From: Methanobacteriota archaeon
GTDB taxonomy: Archaea; JAADCQ01; Methanopyri; Methanopyrales; Methanopyraceae
Assembly (NCBI GenBank): GCA_027064305.1
Contig: JAMOPY010000009.1
Span: forward strand, 1-41,653
Length of the DNA stretch: 41,653 nucleotides
Direction: 5' to 3'
Shown: positions 18,570 through 30,314 of the stretch, in pieces
Layout: each line of letters opens with the position of its first letter
Numbering within the stretch: the first letter of the stretch is position 1
The notes under the pieces: generated by a model
Database searches by the model: none
What the model was told of the DNA's origin: nothing
What the model saw: the letters and a program-made list of their open reading frames with translations, nothing else
Program-made: the position numbers and the translations under genes

Positions 18570-19283
18570 ATGCGGCCCAGGCTATTGGTGAGCCCCGTCG
18601 ACCGGAACGAGGCGCTCGAGGCCGTGGAGGGCGGCGCTCACATCATCGACGTGAAGAACCCGAGGGAGGGCTCCCTCGGGGCCAACGTGCCCTGGGTGAT
18701 CCGCGAGATCATGGAGGTGGTGCCGGAGGATCGCGAGGTCAGCGCCACCGTGGGTGACGTGCCGTACAAGCCGGGCACGGTGTCGCAGGCCGTGCTCGGG
18801 GTCGCCTCCATCGGGGTGGATTACGCGAAGGTGGGGCTCTACGGGGTGAAGACGTCGGAGGAGGCCGTGGAGGTCATGCGGGCCTGCTCCCGCGCGGTGC
18901 GGGAGTTCGGGTACTCGACCCGGGTCGTGGCGGCCGGGTACGCGGACGCGCACCGGGTGGGCAGCCTGGACCCGATGAAGGTGCCGGAGGTGGCGGCGGA
19001 GGCGGAGTGCGACGTGGCGATGGTGGACACGGCGGTGAAGGACGGGAAGCGGCTGTTCGACTTCCTGAGCGAGGAGGAGGTGGGCGAGTTCGTGGATCTG
19101 GCCCACGAGCACGGGCTGGAGGTCGCGCTGGCGGGCTCCCTGCGCCGGGAGGACATGCCGGTCGTGAAGGAGCTCGGGGCGGACATCGTGGGCGTCCGCG
19201 GGGCCGCCTGCGAGGGTAACGACCGGGACCGCGGGTCCGTCCGCAGCCACCTGGTCCGGGAGCTGGTCGAGGCGCTGGCCTGA
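18570..19283 (+). CDS. mfnB: (5-formylfuran-3-yl)methyl phosphate synthase (methanofuran biosynthesis)
   Basis: LLVSP, IIDVKNPREGSLGAN, VSATVGD, DYAKVGL, MVDTAVKDG, ALAGS and GVRGAAC. Confidence 0.93.
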   Translation: MRPRLLVSPVDRNEALEAVEGGAHIIDVKNPREGSLGANVPWVIREIMEVVPEDREVSATVGDVPYKPGTVSQAVLGVASIGVDYAKVGLYGVKTSEEAVEVMRACSRAVREFGYSTRVVAAGYADAHRVGSLDPMKVPEVAAEAECDVAMVDTAVKDGKRLFDFLSEEEVGEFVDLAHEHGLEVALAGSLRREDMPVVKELGADIVGVRGAACEGNDRDRGSVRSHLVRELVEALA

Positions 19284-19340
19284 ACCCGATCGATTACCTT
19301 TTTACCGTGGCGCGCCGCCGGGCCGCGGGGGAGCCTCACC

Positions 19341-19922
19341 ATGGGTGAGCTGGCGGATCAGATCCGGAAGCACGCGGTGCCGACGCTGGTGAACGGGCTG
19401 GGAGCGGTGCTGACGGTGGCGCTCGCGCAGCTGCTGGTGCCGATGCTCTCCTCGCTGGGCTCGGCGATCCCTGGGATCGGCGTCCCGGTGAACACGATGG
19501 TGACGGTCGGCGTGATCCTGCTGTTCTTCTACTTCCTCTACCAGACGATCCGGCACCTGGCTCCCATCGTGAACGCGGCGTCCGACCTGCTCTCTGAGCT
19601 GGTGCTGGGCGAGCGGGACGAGAACGTCCGGACCGCGACGTACAACCTGGTGCTGGCCATCGTCGCCATCCTGGCGGCGGTGCTGCTCTCCCCGCTGGTC
19701 GTCCCGCTACCGGGCCTGGGCGCCGTGCTGAGCGTCATCGTGCTGGTCGCGGGGCTCGGCGTGGGCGCGCTGTTCCTGGTGAAGGCGGCGAAGGGTTACT
19801 ACAGCGCTTTCAAGGAGAAGATGGAGGAGCTCTCGGAGCGACTTGCGGAGTGGGCGGAGGAGCTGGAAGAGCGGGCGAAGCGGGCGAAGGAGGAGAAGGA
19901 GGAGAAGGAGGCCGAGGAGTAG
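19341..19922 (+). CDS. Hypothetical membrane protein (about 4 TM) with acidic coiled-coil tail
   Basis: Four hydrophobic segments, GGGGAG SD, and TTTTTA about 40 bp upstream. Confidence 0.8.
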   Translation: MGELADQIRKHAVPTLVNGLGAVLTVALAQLLVPMLSSLGSAIPGIGVPVNTMVTVGVILLFFYFLYQTIRHLAPIVNAASDLLSELVLGERDENVRTATYNLVLAIVAILAAVLLSPLVVPLPGLGAVLSVIVLVAGLGVGALFLVKAAKGYYSAFKEKMEELSERLAEWAEELEERAKRAKEEKEEKEAEE

Positions 19923-19932
19923 GCGCCCCGGC

Positions 19933-19940
19933 TTTTTCTT
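19933..19940 (+). terminator. Oligo-T terminator (TTTTTCTT)
   Basis: U-rich tract about 10 nt after the stop at 19922, followed by the guaB promoter-like AAACCTTTAACG (19952-19963). Confidence 0.55.
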
Positions 19941-19961
19941 CCCCTCCCGGCAAACCTTTAA

Positions 19962-22239
<2,278 letters not shown>

Positions 22240-22309
22240 CCGGCATCCCCGACCGCGTCCCGAGCGACGCTTGAATAACCTCGCCCCGGCCCGTCGCGGG
22301 GCCCCTCGC

Positions 22310-23047
22310 TTGCCCACGGTGCGGGAGATCATAGAGTTCCTCGAGGAGCTCGCCCCCCTGGACCTCGCGGAGGACTGGGACAACCCGGGACTCCAGGTGG
22401 CGCCCCCCGACGGACTCTCCCGCCGGGTGAGTCGGGTCGTGGTGGGCCTCGACGTGGCGCACGTCGTGGACGCGGCCCGTAGCGCGGAGCTCGCGGTCAC
22501 TCACCATCCGCTGCACCTGAGACCGCCCAGGAGGATCACGGGTCACACCTTCTCCCTGCTGCGCCGGGTGCTGGAGGCGGACGCCACCTTCTACGCCGCC
22601 CACACGAACTGGGACCGGGCCGATGGCGGCGTCGCGGACTGTCTGGCCCGCCGGCTGAACCTGCGCGTCGTGGACACCGCCTGCGACGGGTTCGGTCGGG
22701 TCTGCGAGGTGAGGGGCTCGGAGGACGAGCTGCTCAACGCGCTCCGGAACCTCTCCCCGCTGACCACGGTCTACGGGGATTGGGAGGGCGTTCGGACGGT
22801 ACTGGTGGTCCCGGGGGCCGCCCCGGGCGAGGTGACGCGGGAGGCGGACGGGGTGGACGTCGTCGTCTCCGGGGAGGTGAAGTACCACACCAGGGCGGAG
22901 CTGCTGGATCTGGGCGTGACCGTGGTGGAGCTGGGTCACGAGTACAGCGAGCTCCCGGGCGTGCAGGAGCTGGCCCGGCGCGTCCGGGAGGAGTTCGAGG
23001 TGGAGGTGGAGGTCGTCCCGCCCCCGGACCTGACGGTTATCCGTTAA
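22310..23047 (+). CDS. Nif3-like dinuclear metal-centre protein (HcgD-like in Hmd-containing methanogens)
   Basis: LAPLDLAEDWDNPGL, THHP, YAAHTNWD, GEVKYH and LGHEYSE. Confidence 0.9.
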   Translation: MPTVREIIEFLEELAPLDLAEDWDNPGLQVAPPDGLSRRVSRVVVGLDVAHVVDAARSAELAVTHHPLHLRPPRRITGHTFSLLRRVLEADATFYAAHTNWDRADGGVADCLARRLNLRVVDTACDGFGRVCEVRGSEDELLNALRNLSPLTTVYGDWEGVRTVLVVPGAAPGEVTREADGVDVVVSGEVKYHTRAELLDLGVTVVELGHEYSELPGVQELARRVREEFEVEVEVVPPPDLTVIR

Positions 23048-23075
23048 AGTCTAGTAACCCGGTTGCCGGGCCGGG

Positions 23076-23137
23076 CCCGATGATGTGAGTACAGCACGCC
23101 GAGCGCGGCCCGTGACGACCACGGGAGCGGCTGAGGG
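23076..23137 (+). ncRNA. C/D box sRNA
   Basis: CCC-GAUGA(C)-15 nt-CCGA(D')-GUGACGA(C')-12 nt-CUGA(D)-GGG, with a CCC/GGG terminal stem and TTAAAG about 30 nt upstream. Confidence 0.8.
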
Positions 23138-23144
23138 TGATCGC

Positions 23145-24395
23145 TTGGGTAAGAGGATCCTGGTGCTCGTGGGGGACGGGATGGCCGATCGGTTCGAGCC
23201 GGACCGAGGAGAGACGCCGCTGCAGGCGGCGGACGTGCCGAACATGGACGAGCTGGCCCGGCGCGGGTCGACGGGTCTAATGGATCCGATCCGACCCGGG
23301 GTCCGACCCGGCAGCGACACGGCCCACCTGGCGCTGCTGGGCTACGATCCGTTCAAGGTGTACCCGGGTCGGGGACCGCTCGAGGCGCTGGGCGCCGGGG
23401 TGGAGGTGAGGCCCGGGGACGTGGCGTTCCGGTGCAACTTCGCGACGGTGCGGAGGGAGGACGGTGACCTGATCGTCGAGGACCGGAGGGCGGGTAGGAT
23501 CAGCGAGAAGGAGGGGACGCCGGAACTGGCCAGGGCGGTCAACGAGGAGGTCGATCTGCCGGTGGAGTTCGAGTTCCGGGAGGCGGTGGGCCACCGGGCC
23601 GTGCTGGTGCTGCGCGGTGACGGGCTCTCGGCGGACGTGACCGACGCGGACCCCAAGCGGCCGGGTCGGCCGGTGAAGGAGGTGAAGCCCACCTCGGACG
23701 ACCCCGCGGCCGAGCGGACGGCGGAGATCGTGAACGAGTTCATCCGACGGGCGCACGAGGTGCTGGAGAACCATCCCATCAACGAGGAGCGCCGGAAGCG
23801 GGGGCTGCCCCCGGCGAACGCGATCCTGCCGCGCGGGGCGGGCCGGCTGAGGAGGGTGGAGGGGTTCGAGGAGCGGCACGGGATGTCGGGCGCCGTGGTG
23901 GCGGGCGCCTCGCTGATTAAGGGGATCGGTCGGATGCTGGACATGACGGTGCCGGAGGACGAGGGGATCACGGGGCGGAAGGACACGGACCTGCGTCGGA
24001 AGGCGGAGCTGGCCCTGAGGTGCCTGGAGGAGCACGAGTTCGTGCTGGTGAACTTCAACGCGGTGGACGAGATGGGTCACGACGGGGATTTCCGCGGGAA
24101 GGTGGAGATGCTGGAGCGGATGGACCGGGAGCTGGTGGGGAGGATCCTGGACGAGGTGGACCCGAGCGAGGTCGTCGTGTGCTTGACCGCGGACCACTCG
24201 ACTCCGGTGACCGTGGGGGATCACACGGCCGACCCGGTGCCGGTGGCGATCTGGACGGACGACGCCCGCCGCGATGACGTGGAGAGGTTCGACGAGGTTT
24301 CCGTGGCCCGCGGGTGCCTGGGCCGGTTCCCCGGGCTCCGGCTGATGGACGTGCTAAAGGACCTGGCCGACCGGTTGGAGAAGTTCGGGGCGTGA
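23145..24395 (+). CDS. apgM: 2,3-bisphosphoglycerate-independent phosphoglycerate mutase
   Basis: GDGMAD, PGSDTAHL, GRGPLEALG, AFRCNF, DRRAGRI, DEMGHDG and TADHSTP. Start TTG 23145 after GGGTGA. Confidence 0.95.
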   Translation: MGKRILVLVGDGMADRFEPDRGETPLQAADVPNMDELARRGSTGLMDPIRPGVRPGSDTAHLALLGYDPFKVYPGRGPLEALGAGVEVRPGDVAFRCNFATVRREDGDLIVEDRRAGRISEKEGTPELARAVNEEVDLPVEFEFREAVGHRAVLVLRGDGLSADVTDADPKRPGRPVKEVKPTSDDPAAERTAEIVNEFIRRAHEVLENHPINEERRKRGLPPANAILPRGAGRLRRVEGFEERHGMSGAVVAGASLIKGIGRMLDMTVPEDEGITGRKDTDLRRKAELALRCLEEHEFVLVNFNAVDEMGHDGDFRGKVEMLERMDRELVGRILDEVDPSEVVVCLTADHSTPVTVGDHTADPVPVAIWTDDARRDDVERFDEVSVARGCLGRFPGLRLMDVLKDLADRLEKFGA

Positions 24396-24399
24396 TTCG

Positions 24400-24948
24400 G
24401 TGGGGCTGCTGGGCCTCTCCGAGCACCTCGTCCTTTATTTCATGGAGTTCGAGCGGGCGATCGGGCTCCCGGGGATGCTCCTGATCACGGCGCTGGAGTG
24501 CAGCGTGCTCCCGGTCCCCCCGGAGCCGTTCGTGTTCCCGTACGCGCTGAAGATGAACCCCTGGGCGCTCGCGGGCCTAACCGCCCTCGCGTCCATCGCC
24601 GGGAGCCTGCTCGGCTACGCCATCGGGTACTACGGGGGTCGTCCCCTCGCCGTCAAGCTCGTCGGGGAGGCGAACCTGATCCGGGTGGAGGAGCGGCTCA
24701 CCCGGCACCGGCTCGCCGCCTGGGCGTCCGTGTTCCTCGCCGGGCTTATTCAGTTCATACCGTTCAAGCCCTTCACCATCGGGGCCGGCCTCGTCGAGAT
24801 GGACCTGCGCCTGTTCCTCACCGCCGTCGTCTCCGGCCGGTTCCTCCGGTTCCTGCTGTTGGGGTACGTGTCCCAGTCCGAGGCGGTCCGGTCCGCGATC
24901 TCCCACTACCTGGGGCCGAAGGTGCTGAAGATGCTCATGAGCGTGTAG
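24400..24948 (+). CDS. DedA/VTT (YqaA-like) membrane protein
   Basis: LPVPPE, ASIAGSLLGYAIG, IPFKPFTIGAG and GRFLRF. Confidence 0.88.
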   Translation: MGLLGLSEHLVLYFMEFERAIGLPGMLLITALECSVLPVPPEPFVFPYALKMNPWALAGLTALASIAGSLLGYAIGYYGGRPLAVKLVGEANLIRVEERLTRHRLAAWASVFLAGLIQFIPFKPFTIGAGLVEMDLRLFLTAVVSGRFLRFLLLGYVSQSEAVRSAISHYLGPKVLKMLMSV

Positions 24949-24960
24949 GGGGATCGGTGG

Positions 24961-25452
24961 GTGCCGGACGTGCTCGTGGTGCTGGGAAGCTCCAGCGATC
25001 GAGACGTGGCGGAGAAGGCGGTGAAGGTGCTGGAGGAGGCCGGCGTCGACTACGAGGTGCGGGTGGCGTCGGCGCACCGCTCGCCCGAGCTGCTGGAGCG
25101 GATCGTGGAGGAATACGATGAGGAGGTGAAGGTGTACATCGCGATCGCCGGGCTGGCGGCGCACCTGCCGGGCGTGCTCGCGGCCCGGACGAGCAAGCCC
25201 GTGATCGCGGTGCCCGTGGACGCGAAGCTCTCGGGCCTGGATGCGCTCCTGTCCTCCGTGCAGATGCCGCCCGGGGTGCCGGTGGCCACCGTGGGGGTGG
25301 ATCGCGGCGAGAACGCCGCCCTGCTGGCCCTCAGGATCCTCGCGCTGGAGGACGAGAGGGTGCGGGAGTTCCTGGAGGAGCACGCCGAGCGCATGCGGGA
25401 GGAGGTAAGGGAGGCCGACCGGCGGCTCCGGACTCAGCTCTCCAGCGCGTAA
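24961..25452 (+). CDS. purE: N5-CAIR mutase
   Basis: [20 protein letters not shown] and [18 protein letters not shown]. Confidence 0.96.
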   Translation: MPDVLVVLGSSSDRDVAEKAVKVLEEAGVDYEVRVASAHRSPELLERIVEEYDEEVKVYIAIAGLAAHLPGVLAARTSKPVIAVPVDAKLSGLDALLSSVQMPPGVPVATVGVDRGENAALLALRILALEDERVREFLEEHAERMREEVREADRRLRTQLSSA

Positions 25453-26027
25453 TCAACCAGGGCGTTGAAGGCGGCGACGGCCATCGGGGTCCCGCCCCGC
25501 ATCGAGAGGTTCGTGATCAGCGGGACCCCCCAGTCCAGCGCCGCGAACTTCACCTCCAGGGAGCCCAGGCCCACGGGCATCAGCAGCGCCACGCTGACGG
25601 ACTCCCGGTACTCTCCCACCTTCTCGGCGGCCGTCGGCGCGTTGCCCACGACCACGGCCACGCGCTCGTGCTCGCTCAGGATCCTGCGCATGCCGTCCCC
25701 CGTGACCGTGTCCCGGGCGCTGCTTCTCCCCTCCCGAGAGGCCACCAGGGCGTCCAGACCCAGCCTTTTCAGGGAGCGGCGGATCCCGGCCCTCACCATC
25801 TCCACGTCGACCGCCACCAGTTCCGCCCGCTTTAGCCCGCGCACGACCTCCCCCTCGGAGGGCACCACCCGGAGCGTCTCGGTGATGAACGGGTCCCAGG
25901 TCGCGTGGGCGAGGCGCAGGGCGAGGTGATCCTCCAGCCCTTCCGGCTCGCCCAGTCGCTCGATCCACCGGTCCAGGCTCCGCTCGGCGATCCGACGCCC
26001 CCGCTCGGTCCGCTCGCCCAGCGTCAC
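25434..26027 (-). CDS. cbiC: Precorrin-8X / cobalt-precorrin-8 methylmutase
   Basis: [33 protein letters not shown] and [14 protein letters not shown]. Confidence 0.88.
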   Translation of the reverse strand: MTLGERTERGRRIAERSLDRWIERLGEPEGLEDHLALRLAHATWDPFITETLRVVPSEGEVVRGLKRAELVAVDVEMVRAGIRRSLKRLGLDALVASREGRSSARDTVTGDGMRRILSEHERVAVVVGNAPTAAEKVGEYRESVSVALLMPVGLGSLEVKFAALDWGVPLITNLSMRGGTPMAVAAFNALVDYALES

Positions 26028-27679
26028 CGCAGTACGGCCCCTTCATCCGCTCCCCGAACCAGCTCCCGGTAGCGACGCAGGTACCCGGTCACCTCGTCCT
26101 CGGGGGGTTCCCACTCCCTCAGCCGGGCCTCCAGCTCCCCCTTCTCCAGGTCGACCTCCAGCCTCCGCTCCCGGACGTCGATGCGGATGGTGTCCCCCTC
26201 CTCCACGACCGCGATCGGACCGCCCCGGTAGGCCTCGGGCGACACGTGGCCGATGCACGGACCGCGGGTCCCGCCCGAGAACCGCCCGTCTGTGACCAGG
26301 GCCACCGAGTCGTCCAGCCCCATCCCGCACAGGGCGGAGGTGGGGGTCAGCATCTCGCGCATGCCCGGACCGCCGGCCGGGCCCTCGTAGCGGATCACCA
26401 CCACGTCGCCGGGGTCCACCTCGCCGCCGAGGATCGCCTCGGTCGCCTCCTCCTCGGAGTCGAACACGACGGCCGGACCCTCGTGCTCGTACATGTCCTC
26501 GGACAGCGCGGCCGTCTTGATCACGGCCCCCTTGGGGGCCAGGTTCCCGTACAGGATCCGGATCCCACCCTCCTCCTCGACCGGGTCGTCCTTCGGTCGG
26601 ATAACGTCCCGGTCCCTGACCTCGGCGCGCTCGACGCGCTCCCGCACCGGACGGCCGGCGTAGTCCGGCCGGTCGAGATGGAGGTCCTCCGACAGCTCCC
26701 TCATCACGGCGGGCACGCCGCCGGCCTCGTACAGGTCGCGCATGGTGTAGGGGCCGCCCGGCCGCATCGCGCAGAGGTGCGGCGTGTCCCGGCTGAGCTC
26801 GTCGAAGTCGTCGAGGGAGAGGTCAACGCCCGCCTCGCGGGCGATCGCGAGCAGGTGGAGCACGGTGTTCGTGCTGCCGCCCAGGGCCATGTCGACGCGG
26901 ATCGCGTCCAGAAAGGCCTCGCGGGTGAGCACGTCCCGGGCCGTGACGCCCTCCTTGACGGCCTCCACGAGCCGCGCGCCCGTGAGCTTCGCGATCCGGA
27001 GCTTCTCGGCCTCCGTGGCCGGGGTCGCCGCGCAGTTGAATTCCGACATCCCGAGCACCTCGGTCATGCACGCCATCGTGTTGGCCGTGAACATGCCGGC
27101 GCAGGAGCCCGGGCCCGGGCAGGCCCGGTGCTCGAGCTCCTCGAGCTCCTCCTCCGTCATCTCCCCCTCCTTCACCGCCCCGACGGCCTCGAACACGTCG
27201 ATGAGGTCCACGCGCTCCCCGTTCGCCCGACCCGGCTCCATGGGACCGCCCGTCACCACGGCGGCCGGCAGGTCGAGCCGGGCCGCGGCCATCAGCGCGC
27301 CCGGGACCATCTTGTCGCAGGACACGACCGCGACGAAGCCGTCGAACCGGTGGGCCTCCACCACGGTCTCGATGGAGTCGGCGACGAGCTCCCGGCTCGG
27401 CAGCGAGTACCTCATCCCGGGCGTGTTCATCGCAATCCCGTCGCAGAGGGCGATCGTCTCCACCTCGAACGGGACGCCGCCCGCGGCCCGGATCCCCGCC
27501 TTCACCGCCTCCGCGACCCGGTCCAGGTGGACGTGGCCGGGGACGATCTCGGAGTACGTGTTCACGACGGCGATGAACGGCCCGTCGCCCTCCAGCTCCT
27601 CGTCGGTGAGCCCGCAGGCCCGGAGCAGCGACCGGTGGGGAGCGCGCTCGAGTCCCCGTCGGACCCCGTCGCTCCTCAA
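26024..27679 (-). CDS. ilvD: Dihydroxy-acid dehydratase
   Basis: [47 protein letters not shown] and TDGRFSGG. Start TTG 27679. Confidence 0.97.
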   Translation of the reverse strand: MRSDGVRRGLERAPHRSLLRACGLTDEELEGDGPFIAVVNTYSEIVPGHVHLDRVAEAVKAGIRAAGGVPFEVETIALCDGIAMNTPGMRYSLPSRELVADSIETVVEAHRFDGFVAVVSCDKMVPGALMAAARLDLPAAVVTGGPMEPGRANGERVDLIDVFEAVGAVKEGEMTEEELEELEHRACPGPGSCAGMFTANTMACMTEVLGMSEFNCAATPATEAEKLRIAKLTGARLVEAVKEGVTARDVLTREAFLDAIRVDMALGGSTNTVLHLLAIAREAGVDLSLDDFDELSRDTPHLCAMRPGGPYTMRDLYEAGGVPAVMRELSEDLHLDRPDYAGRPVRERVERAEVRDRDVIRPKDDPVEEEGGIRILYGNLAPKGAVIKTAALSEDMYEHEGPAVVFDSEEEATEAILGGEVDPGDVVVIRYEGPAGGPGMREMLTPTSALCGMGLDDSVALVTDGRFSGGTRGPCIGHVSPEAYRGGPIAVVEEGDTIRIDVRERRLEVDLEKGELEARLREWEPPEDEVTGYLRRYRELVRGADEGAVLR

Positions 27680-27739
27680 CGCGGGCCCCGGTCGGTGCGC
27701 CGACCGGTGCAAAGATAAGCGTTCGGGACCGAGGGCGCC

Positions 27740-27801
27740 GGGGATGAGGAGGACCTTTGGGGCCGAGTTCGGGATGAGGTGAGGCCGGCTTTGCCGACCC
27801 C
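27740..27801 (+). ncRNA. C/D box sRNA
   Basis: GGGAUGA(C)-guide-CCGA(D')-GGGAUGA(C')-guide-CCGA(D), G-run/C-run terminal stem, AAGATAAG about 25 nt upstream. Fills the ilvD/ALDH gap. Confidence 0.8.
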
Positions 27802-29240
27802 TAGCTCGATCCCCGGCCCAGGACGATCGTCTTCTCCTCCGTGAACTCCCGGACCGCCCACGGCACGCCCTCGCGGCCCACGCCGCTGGCCTTCACGCCC
27901 CCGAACGGCATGTAGTCGACCCGGTAGTTGGTCACCCCGTTGATGATCACCCCTCCAGCCTCGAGCTCCCGCGCGGCCCGCACCGCCCGGTCCAGCCGGT
28001 TCGTGAACACCGCCGCGTGAAGCCCGTACTCGGTCGCGTTGGCCGCGCGGAGCGCCTCGTCGAAGTCCTCGACCCGAAGCACCGGGAGCACGGGTCCGAA
28101 CGTCTCCTCCCGCGCGACCAGGGCGTCCTCGGGCACGTCCGCGAGCACCGTGGGCGGGAGCAGCCGGCGCTCCCGGGGCTCGCCCCCCGTGACCACCTCG
28201 GCGCCTCGCTCGACCGCGTCCTCCACGTGCCTCATCACCTTCCGCAGCGCCCGGTCGTTGAGGAGCGGCCCCACGTCCGTGCGCTCGTCCAGCGGGTTAC
28301 CTACCCGCAGGGACTCCGCGGCCCTCGCGGCCGCCTCCACGAACTCCTCGTACGCGTCCTCCACCACGATGGCCCGCTCCACGGCGATGCACACCTGACC
28401 GGCGTGGGAGCACGCCCCCCGGACGACCTCCTCGGCGACCCGTTCCAGGTCCTCCACGGTCTCGTCCACGATGACCGGATCGTTCCCGCCCAGCTCGAGC
28501 GTCTTCCTCGGGATGGGGGAGATCCGCAGCAGCCGCTCGCCCACCTCCCGGCTGCCCGTGAAGGAGAGCGCGTCGAAGTCCGAGCGCGCCAGCCGCTCGC
28601 CCAGCTCCCCGCCCGGACCGACCACGACCTGGACCGCCCGCTCGTCGACCCCGGCGTCCAGCAGCAGCTCCGCCAGCCTCAGCGAGGAGAGTGGGGTCTC
28701 GGAGGCCGGTTTGTGCACGACGGAGCATCGGGCTGCGAGGGCGGGCCCCAGCTTGTGCGCGGGCAGCATCAGCGGGAAGTTGTACGGGGTGATGGAGAGC
28801 ACGACGCCCACCGGCTCCCGGACCGTGAGGATGAGCTCGGAGACGCGCCCCGGCTGGGCGTCGCCCGGCAGCGTCTCGCCCCAGAGCCGCTCGGCCTCGC
28901 CCGCGCACAGCCGCAGCACCTCCGCCGTCCGACGCACCTCGAACCGGGCCTCCCGGATCGGTTTACCGCCCTCGAGGGCGATGAGCCGGGCGAGCTCCTT
29001 CTCGCGCTTTCGAACCAGCCGGGCCGCCTCCTCGAGCGCCTCACGGAGCTCGTGGGTTCGGCGCTCCCTCCACCGTTTCAGACCTTCCTTGGCGTGTTTT
29101 CGAAGCTCGTCGACGTCGATCTCGGCGGGGATCAGCACGCGGCCGACCTCGGAGTCGTCGTAGGGGCTGAGGACCAGGAGCTCCTCCTCGCCCTCCACCC
29201 ATTCACCGCCGATCAGGCAGCCGAACTCGCGCTCCGGCAC
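27801..29240 (-). CDS. NAD(P)-dependent aldehyde dehydrogenase (lactaldehyde dehydrogenase-like)
   Basis: ITPYNFP, KPASETP, FTGS, LELGGND, AGQVCIA, EETFGP and [14 protein letters not shown]. Confidence 0.93.
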   Translation of the reverse strand: MPEREFGCLIGGEWVEGEEELLVLSPYDDSEVGRVLIPAEIDVDELRKHAKEGLKRWRERRTHELREALEEAARLVRKREKELARLIALEGGKPIREARFEVRRTAEVLRLCAGEAERLWGETLPGDAQPGRVSELILTVREPVGVVLSITPYNFPLMLPAHKLGPALAARCSVVHKPASETPLSSLRLAELLLDAGVDERAVQVVVGPGGELGERLARSDFDALSFTGSREVGERLLRISPIPRKTLELGGNDPVIVDETVEDLERVAEEVVRGACSHAGQVCIAVERAIVVEDAYEEFVEAAARAAESLRVGNPLDERTDVGPLLNDRALRKVMRHVEDAVERGAEVVTGGEPRERRLLPPTVLADVPEDALVAREETFGPVLPVLRVEDFDEALRAANATEYGLHAAVFTNRLDRAVRAARELEAGGVIINGVTNYRVDYMPFGGVKASGVGREGVPWAVREFTEEKTIVLGRGSS

Positions 29241-29297
29241 GATGGCCCCGCCGGCGGGGGCGGGTCCCGGGACTCTTAATCCGAGCGGCTCCCCGGC

Positions 29298-29320
29298 ATC
29301 GTTACGAGACGATTAACGAT
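29298..29320. repeat. 23-bp palindromic element, copy 1
   Basis: ATCGTTA-CGAGACGAT-TAACGAT flanked by CCCCGGC/GCCGGGG, 22/23 identical to 33229-33251. Confidence 0.85.
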
Positions 29321-29346
29321 GGCCGGGGGCGGAAGGGGGCGTGGGC

Positions 29347-29721
29347 CTACTCGCGGAGCTCCTCGACCTTCTCGATGATTTCGTCGACCAGGTCCTTGGC
29401 TTCGCCCGGGTCGATGATGCAGGCGCTGGCGGCCGCCACGTCGATGCCCGCGGCGGCGCCCAGCTCGTCCTTGCTCGGCACGTACACGTACGGGATGCCC
29501 TTCTCGTCGCACAGCTCCGGCAGGTGGGCGACCACCTCCTCCGGGTCCACGTCCTCGGCGATCAGGACCAGCACGGCCTGCTCGCGCTCGACCGCCTTCG
29601 TGGTCTCGTTGGTGCCCTTCCGGATCTCGCCCGTGTCCCGGGCGATCTCGAGCGCCTCGTAGGCCTTCTCGGCGAGCTCCTCGGGCACCTCGAACTTCAC
29701 GTACATGGGCTTGTCCGCCAT
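29347..29721 (-). CDS. rpl7ae: Ribosomal protein L7Ae (K-turn-binding protein)
   Basis: [29 protein letters not shown] and LGAAAG. Start ATG 29721. Confidence 0.97.
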   Translation of the reverse strand: MADKPMYVKFEVPEELAEKAYEALEIARDTGEIRKGTNETTKAVEREQAVLVLIAEDVDPEEVVAHLPELCDEKGIPYVYVPSKDELGAAAGIDVAAASACIIDPGEAKDLVDEIIEKVEELRE

Positions 29722-29778
29722 AATCCGCACCCCCTCATCGGTTCATCCTCATCCCGGGCGTCGTCGCCTCGCGGTGAG
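29722..29778 (-). promoter_or_regulatory. rpl7ae 5' leader with K-turn-like motifs
   Basis: Leader GA-GGCG-ACGA-CGCC-CGG-GAUGA-G-GAUGA-ACC-GAUGA-GGGGUG has three GAUGA copies next to the SD. Confidence 0.65.
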
Positions 29779-29790
29779 CGCCGCAGGCTC

Positions 29791-29802
29791 AATATAAATA
29801 AG
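29791..29802. promoter_or_regulatory. Bidirectional TATA element (AATATAAATAAG)
   Basis: Reads TATAAA on + (towards the sRNA and pth2) and TTTATA on - (towards rpl7ae). Confidence 0.7.
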
Positions 29803-29825
29803 ATTTCGCCCTCGACGGTCGGCGG

Positions 29826-29883
29826 CCCGATGAGGAGGAGCTGACGGGCGTGACGCCGTGACGAGACTCCTCTCAGCCGAGGG
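29826..29883 (+). ncRNA. C/D box sRNA, probably guiding two adjacent 16S rRNA sites
   Basis: CCC-GAUGA(C)...GUGA(D')-GUGACGA(C')...CCGA(D)-GGG. The guides contain GAGCUGACGG and CUCCUCUCAG, complementary to the conserved archaeal 16S stretch CUGAGAGGAGGUGCAUGGCCGCCGUCAGCUC (recalled consensus). Confidence 0.85.
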
Positions 29884-29885
29884 TG

Positions 29886-30245
29886 GTGCCCTTGGCCTAC
29901 AAGCAGGTGATCGTCGTCCGGGGCGATCTGGACCTGAGCCGTGGTAAGCTCGCGGCCCAGGTGGCCCACGCGGCCGTGGGTGCGCTCCTGCGGGCCCGGG
30001 AGCTGGGGGCCCCGGTGGACGAGTGGTTGGAGGAGGGGCAGAAGAAGGTCGTCGTTCGGTGCGAGGACGAGCGGGAGCTGCTGGAGCGGTACGAGCGGGC
30101 GAGGGAGCTGAGCCTGCCCGCGTTCCTCGTTCGGGACGCCGGGTTGACGGAGCTGGAGCCGGGCACGGTGACGTGCGTGGGGATCGGTCCGGAGCGGGAG
30201 GAGCGGGTCGACCGGGTCACGGGCGACCTGCCGCTGCTGCGGTGA
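29886..30245 (+). CDS. pth2: Peptidyl-tRNA hydrolase 2
   Basis: KQVIVVRGDL, GKLAAQVAHA, GQKKVV, DAGLTE and GIGP. Confidence 0.96.
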   Translation: MPLAYKQVIVVRGDLDLSRGKLAAQVAHAAVGALLRARELGAPVDEWLEEGQKKVVVRCEDERELLERYERARELSLPAFLVRDAGLTELEPGTVTCVGIGPEREERVDRVTGDLPLLR

Positions 30246-30247
30246 GG

Positions 30248-30305
30248 GGCCTCCGCTAGGACGCGGCTCTTCACCCGTCCGTGCCCAGGTTTCTCGTCAT
30301 CGGCC
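30248..30305 (-). ncRNA. Probable C/D box sRNA with CGGA D boxes
   Basis: Minus strand: GGCC-GAUGA(C)-15 nt-CGGA(D')-GUGAAGA(C')-12 nt-CGGA(D)-GGCC, in the gap between the convergent pth2 and infB. Confidence 0.7.
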
Positions 30306-30314
30306 CGGGCGCGC

